Below, piece by piece: positions 22,626 to 35,214 of a DNA stretch of 60,007 nt (positions within the stretch are counted from its first letter, which is position 1; the number at the start of each line of letters is the position of its first letter). The position numbers were made by a program, and so were the translations under genes. The notes under the pieces are model-generated. The model was given only the letters and a program-made list of their open reading frames with translations, had not been told where the DNA came from and ran no database searches. Where the stretch lies: the NCBI RefSeq assembly GCF_001194135.2, contig NC_068999.1, positions 6,939,260-6,999,266 on the forward strand, given 5' to 3'. This DNA comes from Octopus bimaculoides. Its lineage: Eukaryota.

Positions 22626-22831
22626 TTTCGTATCGAGACATCAGATGTAAACAAACAATGAGATCAAACAAAAATGGGGAATGAGTGTACTTGCCATATT
22701 TTGGGTGTTTTTGCCCCTTCATCAGCACCCATCTAACCCATTCTAGCCTCTGAACACATTGCTTATACACTCATTACCCATTTTTGTCTTCGATCTCATC
22801 GTTTGTTTACATCTGATGTCTTGATACGAAA
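22626..22831. repeat. Foldback element (about 65-bp imperfect inverted arms)
   Basis: Arms 22626-22689 and 22766-22831 are reverse complements with a few mismatches and indels. Confidence 0.85.
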
Positions 22832-23268
22832 CTTTGTAACAAAAATCAGTGTTGGCTATAATTTGTATCGAATATCTGCAGAAATAATCTTATCAAAATA
22901 TTTAATCCAATCCTAAAGAACTTTTGTATTTTCATGCCCTTTCCTAAAAATTGATTGGGAATTCTTCACAGCGCCCCCTATATTTGTCCTCACACTGCTT
23001 GACAATGGTGTTGGTTTGTTTACTCTTGTGACTTAGCAGTTCAGCAAAGGAGTCCAGAGTTATAAAAACATAAGTACTAGAGTTGCTTTGTTTGACTAAA
23101 ACCCTTCAAGGCAATGCCCCAGCTTGGCCATAGTCCAATGACTGAAACAAGTAAAAGAAAAGAAGCTAATGTGATTTTATAGTTAATTAGTTGTGTTATA
23201 TTTTTTTTTATTTTTTGATTGTTGTTTTGTAAATTAGAAAAAAGGTTTTTTTCATTGATTTCATTTAG

Positions 23269-23615
23269 TTGCAAACACAGGGAAACCAAAGACATTCGAA
23301 GCGATATTCACCGAATGCGAGAATTTCTGCCCACCCACCCCTACCAACGAGCTGTGCAACCATCTCAGCTCAGACTGGAACATCTACTTAGCGTGTCGCC
23401 ACGTACTGTCAGAGCATGCTACAGATCCTGCCATGAAGGGTGGCCTCCTTCACGACATGTCGCACGCGGCCTTAGATGACTGGGATATGAGATTCCTCAT
23501 CAAAGAATGCACGTCACCAACAACGAAAGGAGGAAGAATAAAATCTATCCATAGACTACTTCATACATTGGATTCTCTGCGGAACGGAAAGGAACAGCAC
23601 CCAGTGAACATTTAA
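23269..23615 (+). CDS. DIPK2A: DIPK2A-like last exon: (V)ANTGKPKTFEAIFTECENFC...LCNHLSSDWNIYLACRHVL...GGLLHD...LIKEC...NI*
   Basis: Phase-1 acceptor gives an open frame to TAA 23613-15; the Cys pattern and GLLHD match the family C-terminus. Total about 444 aa. An in-frame alternative acceptor exists at 23279-80. Confidence 0.85.
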
Positions 23616-23853
23616 ATAGTTTTGTAATTTTGATTTTTCTTTTTTTTTTTTTTTTTTTTTTTTTTTTGAATGCAAATTGTAGAAAATTTTTTATTTTTGT
23701 GACACTTTTGATAGACAATTTCTTTTGTCCATATTTGTATTAATATATATATATATTCTTGCAGAATTATAATAGAAATATTTATTAATATACATATGCA
23801 CAATTGCAAAATTATAATATAGATATTTACTAATATATATATATGCATATGTA

Positions 23854-23885
<32 letters not shown>

Positions 23886-23992
23886 ATAATGATAATTTTA
23901 GGGATAAAAATCCAAATTTACAGGTAAAAACTCAATTAAATTCAATTTATTAAAAATTAAAATTAAATTAAGTCTCACAGTATAAAATATAC

Positions 23993-24152
23993 ATATATAG
24001 TTTTAGGGAAAAGAACCAAGTTTCATGAACTCATCGATGAAAATCAACTGTCACATTTATTGTGCTTTTACTTACTAATTTTTCTATATGTGACAGTGGA
24101 TTTTCATCGATGAGTTCATGAAACTTAGTTCTTTTCCCTAAAACTATATATA
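23993..24152. repeat. Near-perfect inverted repeat (about 64-bp arms, 31-nt loop)
   Basis: tatagttttagggaaaagaaccaagtttcatgaactcatcgatgaaaatcaactgtcacat and its reverse complement, with 2 mismatches. Confidence 0.9.
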
Positions 24153-27100
24153 TATATATATATATACATACACACACATGCAGTATTATGATATAAATAT
24201 TTATTAATATATGTATTTATATATATATATATATATATATGCATACATGCAAAATTATAATATAGTATTGTGTTAATTATAAGAAAATGGAAAAGAAATA
24301 TAGTGGAGACTTATTGTATTACGATGAAAACATATCACACAATGATTAAAGGATCAAAATAATTGTAAAAAATAAGCATATTTTTTCTCCATTTCCTTAT
24401 TTTAATATAATACAATATTGGACGGTTTATCCCTATATATTGTGGAATTTTCTCTCGATAACACCAGTTGATATCTGGATTTCCAAATCCCTAACAAGGA
24501 TATTACATCCTCAATATTGACTACGTATATGAGTTGTCTAAGGGGCCATAAGTCAAGGAGAAGATGTACCCATATAACTGTTAGTAGAGGGAGTATATTA
24601 TCTGAATATATGATGAACACATTTAGAATTGACTGTCAGAAGAAAGAGTTCTCAACACTAAGGCAGAGATTTATAATATTTTTATTTTGATTGAGTTGGT
24701 CTCTTGCTACTCTGAGTTTCACCTATGTGTGCTCAGAGTTGTAAAGAGTAATCCCAAATGCAATACCAGCCCTAACAAGGTGACCGGCCAAGGATTAGGG
24801 ATGCAAATCCCTGCCTGTATAATTTACCACAGGACTCCCACAGATGCAGAAGTTACACTGGCCTAAGTAGAGCATGGCTGACACCAATTCCATTAGGTTG
24901 TTCACATGAACAACCACATACAGAATGACATGATCTGATGTGTCCTTCCTTTTGTATGTCATGTGCGATTTGAAAGAGATTTAACTGCACTTTCTTTCAT
25001 GCCCAGTGGATTCTCAGAGAATTCAGTAGTAACTTGTCATATTGTTTGGTTAATGCTCGTACTAATGTTCATATGCTGAGCCTGTCCACCGAAGATGATG
25101 ACGACTTAGCAAAAGCCATCATCATCATCATCACAATTTGGACAAAAAGAGTCGAAATATTATCCGTATGAGTAACTTTATAGTTGCCATTGTGGTAAAA
25201 GTTCTTTAATGTTCANNNNNNNNNNNNNNNNNNNNNNNNNNNNNNNNNNNNNNNNNNNNNNNNNNNNNNNNNNNNNNNNNNNNNNNNNNNNNNNNNNNNN
25301 NNNNNNNNNNNNNNNNNNNNNNNNNNNNNNNNNNNNNNNNNNNNNNNNNNNNNNNNNNNNNNNNNNNNNNNNNNNNNNNNNNNNNNNNNNNNNNNNNNNN
25401 NNNNNNNNNNNGTCTAAGACACTTTGGATAAAAAGACTCAAAGAATCAGACTTTTGCTGATGTAGATATATAATAGAATTACTTCTGGTAAAGCAATGGG
25501 AATATTTGTGTAAATATGCCGTGCCTACTTTGTGGAAACATTACTCGTGTGTCTAACTTCATAATTGTTGCAACAGGATCTATTATATTCAAAGTGGAAT
25601 CTTCTGTCAAGGAGTCTTTGGATGAAAAGAGTGGAAATGTTTTCACTCTGCGTAACTTTATAATTGCCTTTGTTGTAACAAGTTCTACCACCTTCAAAGC
25701 TCTGATGTCTATTGTTCCAGACTCAGAGTTTTGTTAACTGGCACTGAATTGCTTTTTTGTTTAAAGTGATAGGCCACATATATTTTCGAGCATGTTGTGT
25801 ATTATAACTAGTAAAAGGACCACGACCGGGTGGAGTTTGGTCTTTCACTACATTGCCGTCCTGCCTCATTGTTGGGTGCAGGAGATCCATTGTCTCAGAC
25901 AACCAGGGGTGAGGAAATGGTGTAATACCTTTCACAGTGTCATTTGTGTTAGTTTAAGATGGTCGAAGTCTTACGTGGTGAAACCATCCAATCACAATTC
26001 CATTCAGAAAGCTGCAATAGATGTCGTTTGAAGAAAGAACACTGTACAAAGCCGCTTAATGTGTATTAGGTTCTTGTATGCATTATGTAAGGGCCAAAGA
26101 GGTCCCGTCCTTGCATACTTCTGTCACTGTGACAAAGAGAAATTGCTAAGAGCGGGAACCTCAGAGCTACATGCTCTGCCACCTAGTGGCAAGCTGTTTA
26201 AACAGCTAACGTCAGGGGAAGGAACTGCGCCTGCCTTTGTATTAGTTATCATCGTTGCAATGAATAAGAATGATTTTCTACAGGCTTTGTTCCTTGAGTG
26301 TGCTTAATGGAGATTTTCATGCAAAGGCTCACCCCAGATACAGTACCAGCCAAGGAATAAGGATGCAAATCCCTGCCTGTGTAATTTACCACAGGACTCC
26401 CACAGATGCAGAAGTTACACTGGCCTAAGTAGAGCATGGCTGACACCAATTCCATTAGGTTGTTCACATGAACAACCACATACAGAATGACATGATCTGA
26501 TGTGTCCTTCCTTTTGTATGTCATGCGCGATTTGAAAGAGATTTAACTGCACTTTCTTTCATGCCCAGTGGATTCTCAGAGAATTCAGTAGTAACTTGTA
26601 ATATTGTTTGGTTAATGCTCGTACTAATGTTCATATGCTGAGCCTGTCCACCGAAGATGATGACGACTTAGCAAAAGCCATCATCATCATCATCACAATT
26701 TGGACAAAAAGAGTCGAAATATTATCCGTNNNNNNNNNNNNNNNNNNNNNNNNNNNNNNNNNNNNNNNNNNNNNNNNNNNNNNNNNNNNNNNNNNNNNNN
26801 NNNNNNNNNNNNNNNNNNNNNNNNNNNNNNNNNNNNNNNNNNNNNNNNNNNNNNNNNNNNNNNNNNNNNNNNNNNNNNNNNNNNNNNNNNNNNNNNNNNN
26901 NNNNNNNNNNNNNNNNNNNNNNNNNNNNNNNNNNNNNNNNNNNNNNNNNNNNNNNNNNNNNNNNNNNNNNNNNNNNNNNNNNNNNNNNNNNNNNNNNNNN
27001 NNNNNNNNNNNNNNNNNNNNNNNAGGCACTTTGGATAAAAAGACTCAAAGAATCAGACTTTTGCTGATGTAGATATATAATAGAATTACTTCTGGTAAAG

Positions 27101-30100
27101 CAATGGGCATATTTGTGTAAATATGCCATGCCTACTTTGTGGAAACATTACTCGTGTGTCTAACTTCATAATTGTTGCAACAGGATCTATTATATTCAAA
27201 GTGGAATCTTCTGTCAAGGAGTCTTTGGATGAAAAGAGTGGAAATGTTTTCACTCTGCGTAACTTTATAATTGCCTTTGTTGTAACAAGTTCTACCACCT
27301 TCAAAGCTCTGATGTCTATTGTTCCAGACTCAGAGTTTTGTTAAATGGCACTGAATTGCTTTTTTGTTTAAAGTGATAGGCCACTTGCATTTGGATAATA
27401 AAAGTAGAAATGTTATCAGTCTGCCTAACTTCATAATTATTGCCATTATGATAGCAACATCTATCACATGCCTTTGTGCTAACAAGACCTATCGTACTCA
27501 CGGTTGAATCTTCTGTCTAAGACACTTTGGATGTCATGTGCAATTTGAAAGAGATTTATTTGCACTTTCTTTCATGCCAAATGTGTTCTCGGAGAAGCCA
27601 TTTGTAACTTCTAGTCTTCTTCAGTTAATCTTCCTACTAATGTTCTTATGCTGAGTTTATTCACCGAAGATTACAGTCCAGCAGCAAATATGGTCATGAT
27701 CACACTTGCCACAGGATTCCTACAGATGTAGACGTTACACCAAAATATGCAGGGCATTGGTGGCACCAATTCCCTGAGATGTTCATACAGGCAGCCAAAT
27801 ATAGAATTATGTTAGCCAACGTCTCCCTTCTCTTAGATGGTAAGTGTGATTTCAAAGAGATTTAGCTTCTCTTTCTTTCATGCTGAATGAGTTTTAAGAG
27901 AATCCATTGGTAACTTGTAAACTTCTTTGGTTAATGTTCATACTAATTTTCATATGCTGAGCTTATCCACCGAAAAAAAATTATATCTCTGCAACAATCA
28001 TCATTATATTTCGAATAGAAAGAGTTATTATGTTACCATTTTGTGTTACTTTGCAGTTGCCATTGTAGTAAACACCTATCACATTTGAATCTTCTGTCAA
28101 GACAGTTTGGATAAAAAATTTGGAAATATTTCCCATGTGCCTAATTTCATAACTATTGCCATTGTGGGAACAAGATGTATTATATTCAAAGTAGAATGTT
28201 TTATCAAGAAGCTTTGGATTAAAAGAGTAGAAGTGTTTCCTCTTCGCGTTACTTTAAAGTTGCTTGTGTTGTAACAAGTTCTACCACATTGAAATAGACA
28301 TTCTGGTATCTATTTCTCCTGACTGTGAGTGAGTCTTGTTAAATGACACTTAAATGTGTTTTCGTTTATATTGACTGACCACTTGCATTTGCGAGCATGT
28401 TACGTATTTTGACCGGTAAAAGGTCCATGACCGGGTGGAGTCTGGTCTTGCGTTCCGTTGGGTGCCCTGTATAACTTGCTACAAGTCTCCCACAGATGCT
28501 GAAGTTTCACTGGCCTATGCAGGGCATGGATGTCACCAATTCCCTGAGGTGTTCATATGGACAGCCAAATACAGAACGACATCTGATGTGTCCGTTTTTG
28601 TAGATGTTAGGTATGACTTGAAAGAGATTCGGAGTTGAGGTCTCAGACAATCTATTGGTAAGTTGTAATCTTTGGTTAATGTTCGTACTATTGTTCATGT
28701 GCTGAGCTTATCCACCGAAGAAGAATACAAGTGGGCAACAATCGCCATCATACTTCAGATAAAAAGAGTGAAAAAGTTACCTGTATGTGTAACTTTATAG
28801 TTGCCATTGTTGTAAAAGATCTCTCATGTTCAAAGTAGAATCTTCTGTTGAGACACCTTCGGAAAAAACATGCAAATGTTACCAGTGTGTCTAATTTCAC
28901 AATTATTGCCATTGTGATAGCAAGAACTATCACCTGCCATTGTTATAATAAGACCTATCATATTACAAGTCATACCTTCTGTTGACACAGTTCTGTCAAG
29001 ACTCTTCAGATAAAAAAAAGTGGAAATGTTTCCCTTCTGCCTAACTTCATAACTTTTGCCATTGTGGTAACAAGATCCTTTATATCCAGAGTCAAATCTG
29101 CCAGGATGCTTCGGATAAAAAGAATGGATGTCCCCTAATTGTGTTACTTTATAGTTGATATTGTTGTAACAAGTTCTACCGCATTCAAAGTTCCGATGTC
29201 TGTTGCTCCAGACTCGAAGTCTTGTTAAATGGCACTTAAATACCTTTTTGGTTATATCGACAGAAGATTACAACTCGGCAACAATATCGCAGTCAGCATC
29301 ATCATCATCACATTTTGAATAAAAAGAGAGGATATGTTCCCACTCTGTGTTATTTCATAGTTGCCATTATGGTAAGATTTATCATATTTATAGTTTATTC
29401 TTCTGTCGAGATATTTAGGATGAAAAAAGTGGACGTGAATTCCTGGCTTCCAATATGTAATTATTACCATTGTGGTAACAAGATCTTTTATATTCAAAGT
29501 CAGATCTTTTATCAAGAAGTTTTGGATTAAAAGGGTGGAATTATTTCCACTGTGTGTAACTTTAAGGTTGCTTGTATTGTAACAAGTTCTACCACATTGA
29601 AATAGACATTCTCATGTCTTATATCTTCAGACTGTAAGTCTTGTTAAGTGGCACTGAAATGCCTTTTTGCTTATATTGACAGGCCACTTGCATTCGCAAG
29701 CACGTTTTTTTATATTACAGTTAGTGAAAAGACGACGACTGGGTGGAGTCCGGTCTTCCACTCCATTACCAGGTGACCTGATGTCTTGGACATCCAGTGG
29801 AGGGTCTTCCTGTTCATGCTGTTTTTTTGGGTTAGTATTAGTTATCATCATTGCCAGGAATGGGAATGATTTTCTACAGACTTTGTTCCTGGAATATGTT
29901 TAATTAATATTTTCATGTGATGGGTCACCTCAAATACAATTCCTGTTCTAACATGGTTACCGGTCAACATATAGAGACATGAAGTTTGCTTTGTGTAACT
30001 GGCCACAGGTCTCCCACAGATGCAGAGGCTACACTGGCCTATGCAGGGTATGAGTACCACAAATTCCCTTAGTGGTGCACATGGATAGCCATATGCAGAA

Positions 30101-30664
30101 TCATATTGTCTGATGTGCACTTTCTTCTAGCCAGCACTTTGGTACGCAAAGTTTTCCCTCTGTTACATGCTACAGGAGTGCCAGAGATGCTGAGTTTGTG
30201 CTGGCATATGCTGGGCATGGGCGACCCCAATTCCCTGCACTGTTCATATGAAGGGCAAATGCAGTATTATGTTATGTGGTGTCCATTCTATATAGATGTT
30301 AGGTGCGATTTGAAAGAGATTTAACTGCTCTTTGTTTCATGCCGAGTGAGTTCTGAGACAATCCCTTAGCAGCTTGTAATCTTCGGTTAATGTTCATATG
30401 CTGAGCTTATCCATTGAAGAAGATTACAGTTCAGCAACAATCCTCATGATTATCATCATATTTTGAATTAAAAGAGTTGAAACACTTCCGATTTGCATTA
30501 CTTTTAAGTTGCCTTTTTTGTAACATGTTTTACCACGTCCAAAGGTCTGACCTGTCTGTTTCTCCAGACTCCAAGACTTGTTAAATAGCACTTAAAAGGC
30601 TGTTTTGGTTCTATTGACAGAAGATTATAACTCAGCAACAATCATTATGGTCATCATCGTCATC

Positions 30665-30844
30665 GGCCCCGTATTTCTCGAGCCGTGTCGGTGGAGCTTA
30701 TCCCGAACGGGTAGCGCCCCTCGGTAGCACTGCCAGGCCAGGGATCTCTGGAAGTTGTCCATAGGTTCCAGCCTGAAAGTCGTCTTGAACATGCGGGTCA
30801 GGTATTCCTCGTCGATGCCCAGGTTCGCCCCGAGGTCGTCGTCC
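30665..30844 (-). mobile_element. GC-rich internal fragment of a Tx1/L1-type LINE (zf-RVT region)
   Basis: Translates as ...FQRSLAWQCYRGALPVRDKLHRHG...; abrupt GC shift relative to the array. Confidence 0.7.
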
Positions 30845-32182
30845 ACATTTTGGATAAAAAGTGTGAACAGGTTACCATTTTGTATTACGTTGTCGCTGCC
30901 ATTGTTGAATCTTCTGTTTAGATATTTCAGATGAAGAAAGTGGAAATGATTCCCATGCTTCTATTGTATATTTATCATCATTTTGTTAACAAGGTCTATT
31001 ATATTCAAAGTAGAATGTTTCCACTTTGTGTTACTTTAGAAATAGACATTCTCATGTCTCTATTTCTCCAGACTGTAAGTCTTCTTAAATGCGTTTTTGC
31101 TTACATCAACAGGCCACCTGCATTTGCAGGCATATTGTGTATTTGGACGAGCAAAAGGGTCATGACCGGGCGGAGTCTGGTCTTCCACTCCATTACCCTG
31201 TGAAAGGCCCGATTCTGCGTGCAGGAGACCCAGTGTTTTGGACATTCAGGGGAGAGTTGTCCTGTTCATGCTGTTTCTTGGGTTAGTACTAGTTATCATC
31301 ATTGCCAGGAATGAGAATGATTTAGGATGAAAAAAGTGGATGTGAATTCCTGGCTTCCAATATGTAATTATTACCATTGTGGTAACAAGATCGGTTATAT
31401 TCAAAGTCAGATCTTTTATCAAGAAGCTTTGGATTAAAAGGGTGGAATTATTTCCACTGTGTGTAACTTTAAGGTTGCTTGTGTTGTAACAAGTTCTACC
31501 ACATTGAAATAGACATTCTCATGTCTTATATCTTCAGACTGTAAGTCTTGTTAAGTGGCACTGAAATGCCTTTTTGCTTATATTGACAGGCCACTTGCAT
31601 TCGCAAGCATGTTCTTTTATATTACAGTTAGTGAAAAGACGACGACTGGGTGGAGTCCGGTCTTCCACTCCATTACCAGGTGACCTGATGTCTTGGACAT
31701 CCAGTGGAGGGTCTTCCTGTTCATGCTGTTTTTTTGGGTTAGTATTAGTTATCATCATTGCCAGGAATGGGAATGATTTTCTACAGACTTTGTTCCTGGA
31801 ATATGTTTAATTAATATTTTCATGTGATGGGTCACCTCAAATACAATTCCTGTTCTAACATGGTTACCGGTCAACATATAGAGACATGAAGTTCACCTTG
31901 TGTAACTGGCCACAGGTCTCCCACAGATGCAGAGGCTACACTGGCCTATGCAGGGTATGAGTATTTAAAATTCCCTAAGTGGCTCACATGGATAACCGAA
32001 TGCAGAATCAGATTGCCTGATATGCAGTTTCTCCTAGATGCTAGGTGCAATTTGAAAGCAATGTAACTGGTCTTCCTTTCATTCTGAATGAGTTCTCAGA
32101 GAATCCAGTGCCAACTTGTAATCCTCTTGTATCGAGTCAGTTCTGATAAAAAGTGTAGAAATGTCATTCCTATGTATATCTT

Positions 32183-32445
32183 TGAATGAACTCCAGTATT
32201 TTAAATCCGGGTTTGTCCCCATTGACAGGGGTAGCTAGATCTATGTTGCTCTCACCTCACCTTGCCCAGTTTTTGGTGTCCTCCCTCCTCAAGCCAACCC
32301 TCCCAGTCTTCTCCACTTATTCTTTGGTCACCCTCGCTTTAAACTCAAGCACTCTCTTCAGAACCCGATCCTCATTTCTCCTCAACACATGTCCATGCCA
32401 CGGCACTCCATTTGCCCTTGCCAGCTGTTGACATTTGTGCTCACA
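32183..32445 (-). mobile_element. RTE-type LINE 3' fragment
   Basis: Minus strand WHGHVLRRNEDRVLKRVLEF... followed by the 3' tail gctacccctgtcaatggggacaaacccggatttaaaatactgga. Confidence 0.7.
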
Positions 32446-33883
32446 ACATTTATCATATTCCAAGTCAAATGGAAAGACTAGCTGTGTCCCTTAAGTGTGT
32501 TATTTTATAGTTGACATTGTTGTAACAAGTTCTACCACGTTCCAGAGTTCTAATTCTCCAGACAGTAAGTCATATTCATGGTATTTAATTACCCCTTTGT
32601 TCATATCGACAGGCTACTTGCATTTGTCTCCTGTTGTATATTGTGACCAGTAAAAGGATGACAACTGAGTAGAGTTTGGTCTTGCGCTCCATTACTCGTT
32701 GAGGGCCACCTGCTGGGAGCAGGAGATCTGTTACCAGCATCCAATGATGGGCTGAGAGTGTCATCCTTTTCACAGTTATTTGGGTTGGCATTAGTGCTTA
32801 AGTGTGAATTTCATGTTAAGAGTCACTCCATATACAATGTCAGCTCTAACGTGGTTACCCACCAACACTTAGAGACACCACCTTTGCCCTGTGTAACTTG
32901 CCACAAATGCAGAGGTTACACCAGTGTATGTAGGGCACGTGGCACCAATTCCCTCAGCTGTTCAGATGGACAGCCAAATGCAGAATTACATTATCCAATT
33001 TCAAAGAGATTTAACTGTTCTTTCTTTCATGCTGAATAAGGTCTCAGAGAATCCATTGGCAACTTGTAATCTCCTTTGGTTAATGTTTGTACTAATGTTT
33101 ATATGCTGAGCTTATCTACCGAAGAAGATAACAAATGAGCAACAATCATCATCATCATCATCATCATACTTCGGATAAAAAGAGTGGATATGTTTCCATT
33201 ATGTGTTACTTTATACTTACCATTTGTTGTAGAAGAGTGCAACTTTGATGCAAATCTGATGAAGTGCCACTCTAATGTCTAAAACTGCTAATATTACATA
33301 AATTTTCACTTCAAATTTTTGTGTAAACTGCTGTTACAAGCAGAATTGGTGCAGAAACAATTGTAATGAATCATTAAAGATGTGTTAAAATATTTTCTTT
33401 GTCTTCTTATTATTTGGATTATAATTTACTCTTCACTTCACCCACACAACAGTTTTGCCATTGTGAAATCAGGATTTCCTACACTTGAAGAACGTTAGTA
33501 TTAGTCTGGAATCCAACAGTGTTAATAGCCCAGAACTTGAGTTGAGTACTGCATTGGAAATACCCTGCCAGGAACTAAGATATATATATATATATAAAAA
33601 GTAAAAAAGAGTCAAAAGGAAGAGTAAGTATGGTTAGGCAGCTTTTTAATTGCTACAATTGTTTCGATACATACAGATCCTCGTATATACAGGATTTAAA
33701 GTTTAAATTAAATTATTTAACGATTTACCTGTATAAGAAGATCTATATGTATCTCCTCGGGCGATACTCAGTTGCTGTCCCCGTAAGCAAAATTTTGATT
33801 TCCATGCTACAACACCCATGGCTTCTTCTTTGGAAATTCTAAGGGTGAACGAGCTCTATTTGTACTTTTATACNNNNNNNNNN

Positions 33884-33938
<55 letters not shown>

Positions 33939-34361
33939 TACATATAAGGAGAAATATTTTATGGATGGAGATTTTCTATTTTTATTAATGCATTTCTACA
34001 TATATTTTGGCATGACATGTATTTTTAAGGGTCTACCTCACTGCATCATCATCGTCGTTTAACGTCTGCTTTCCATGCTAGCATGGGTTGGACGATTTGA
34101 CTGAGGACTGGTGAAACCGGATGGCAACACCAGGCTCCAATCTGATCTGGCAGAATTTCTACAGTGGATGCCCTTCCTAACGCCAACCACTCCAAGAGTT
34201 TAGCAATTCAAGCAATTGGGTTTAATAACAACAAAAACTAAAGTTTACAATCTCAAAGATATTATTTATATTTGTAGAATATTTACATACATACATCTTT
34301 GCTTATAGAATAATACCTTCTCAAAACAGAGAGAATTACAATGGTTCCTTCCAAGATGATT

Positions 34362-34460
34362 CTACCGTCTTGCTCGGTCGCTTCGGTTCTTCACGTTTGC
34401 GTATTCATAGAAATGTTTTCCGATTTTCTTCGTTCTCTCTTTGCGATCCAGTTTGCGACG
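34362..34460 (-). CDS. GNL2: GNL2 last exon: RRKLDRKERTKKIGKHFYEYANVKNRSDRARR*
   Basis: Acceptor at 34461-62; matches the NOG2 C-terminal K(V/I)G..(F/Y)YE..NVKNR motif. Confidence 0.9.
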   Translation of the reverse strand, partial: RRKLDRKERTKKIGKHFYEYANVKNRSDRARR

Positions 34461-34761
34461 CTGAGGAAAATAAATGAAATGCCAAGGTGGTCAAAATGGA
34501 ACAAGAAATTTTCAGGAGTTTACCATAGACACACGCACGAAAAAAAAAAAAAGAAAGAGAAAGTCTAAAGAAAACTAAGATTGTTGTGAGGCTGACAAAT
34601 TTGCTTCACAACCTTGGTTTAGTTCCACAACTTGGCACTTTAGGTGCCTTCTACTAGAAAACCAAACTCAAAAGCTGATCGTTATAAAACTGCTGTATCA
34701 TGGCCAGCCTTAAAATCTGAGTAGTTAAAAAAACAAACAAAACAAACCAAAATAAACTTAC

Positions 34762-34934
34762 TTGTTTGCCAGTCAACTTAGGTGCTTCATCTTCATCGGA
34801 ACTTTCTTCATGTCGCTTCTTCTTTCGTTTCTTATTCTTGTTTGACTTGGCTATGTTCACCTTGGAAGAACATTCCTTTGTTACACTGGTACTAGGCTTG
34901 CTTTCTGGATCCTTCATCTTGTACATGAAATCAG
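34762..34934 (-). CDS. GNL2: GNL2 exon: (A)DFMYKMKD...KKRKKKRHEESSDEDEAPKLTGKQ
   Basis: AG/GTAAGT bounded; phase 1 in, phase 0 out, consistent with its neighbours. Confidence 0.85.
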
Positions 34935-35214
34935 CTGAAATATTCAGAGACAAAGAAAAAGTGAAATATGAAAATAAAGAAACAACTTGCTATAGGGCAC
35001 AGGCATGACTATGTGGTTAAGAAGCTAGCTTTGCAATCACACGTTTTGGGGTTAGCTGCTGAAACTTCGAAGTCACAGTCAACAACATCCTTGTTTAAGA
35101 ATGATAAATTTTTACTCTAGAAAAGTATAGAGTAACCCATTAGATTAATGTAAAGTTGTTTGTATTAGAATTCAACATAAAAACAAACATCAATATAAAT
35201 AAATATATATATAC

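Larger units (their letters stand above)
24760..33240. repeat. Hierarchical degenerate tandem array (about 105-bp monomers inside about 0.8-1.9 kb higher-order units)
   Basis: The module 'cccacagatgcaga(a/g)gttacactggcc' recurs about 8 times and 'atgctgagcttatccaccgaaga' about 7 times; 'ttgccattgt...acaag' recurs at about 100-107 bp spacing. Confidence 0.85.

Noticed and set aside
24760-33240. Array as a decayed C2H2 zinc-finger cluster or CRISPR-like array
   Set aside because: The period is about 105 bp rather than 84 bp, there is no HTGEKP linker or His pair, and there are no identical repeats with unique spacers.
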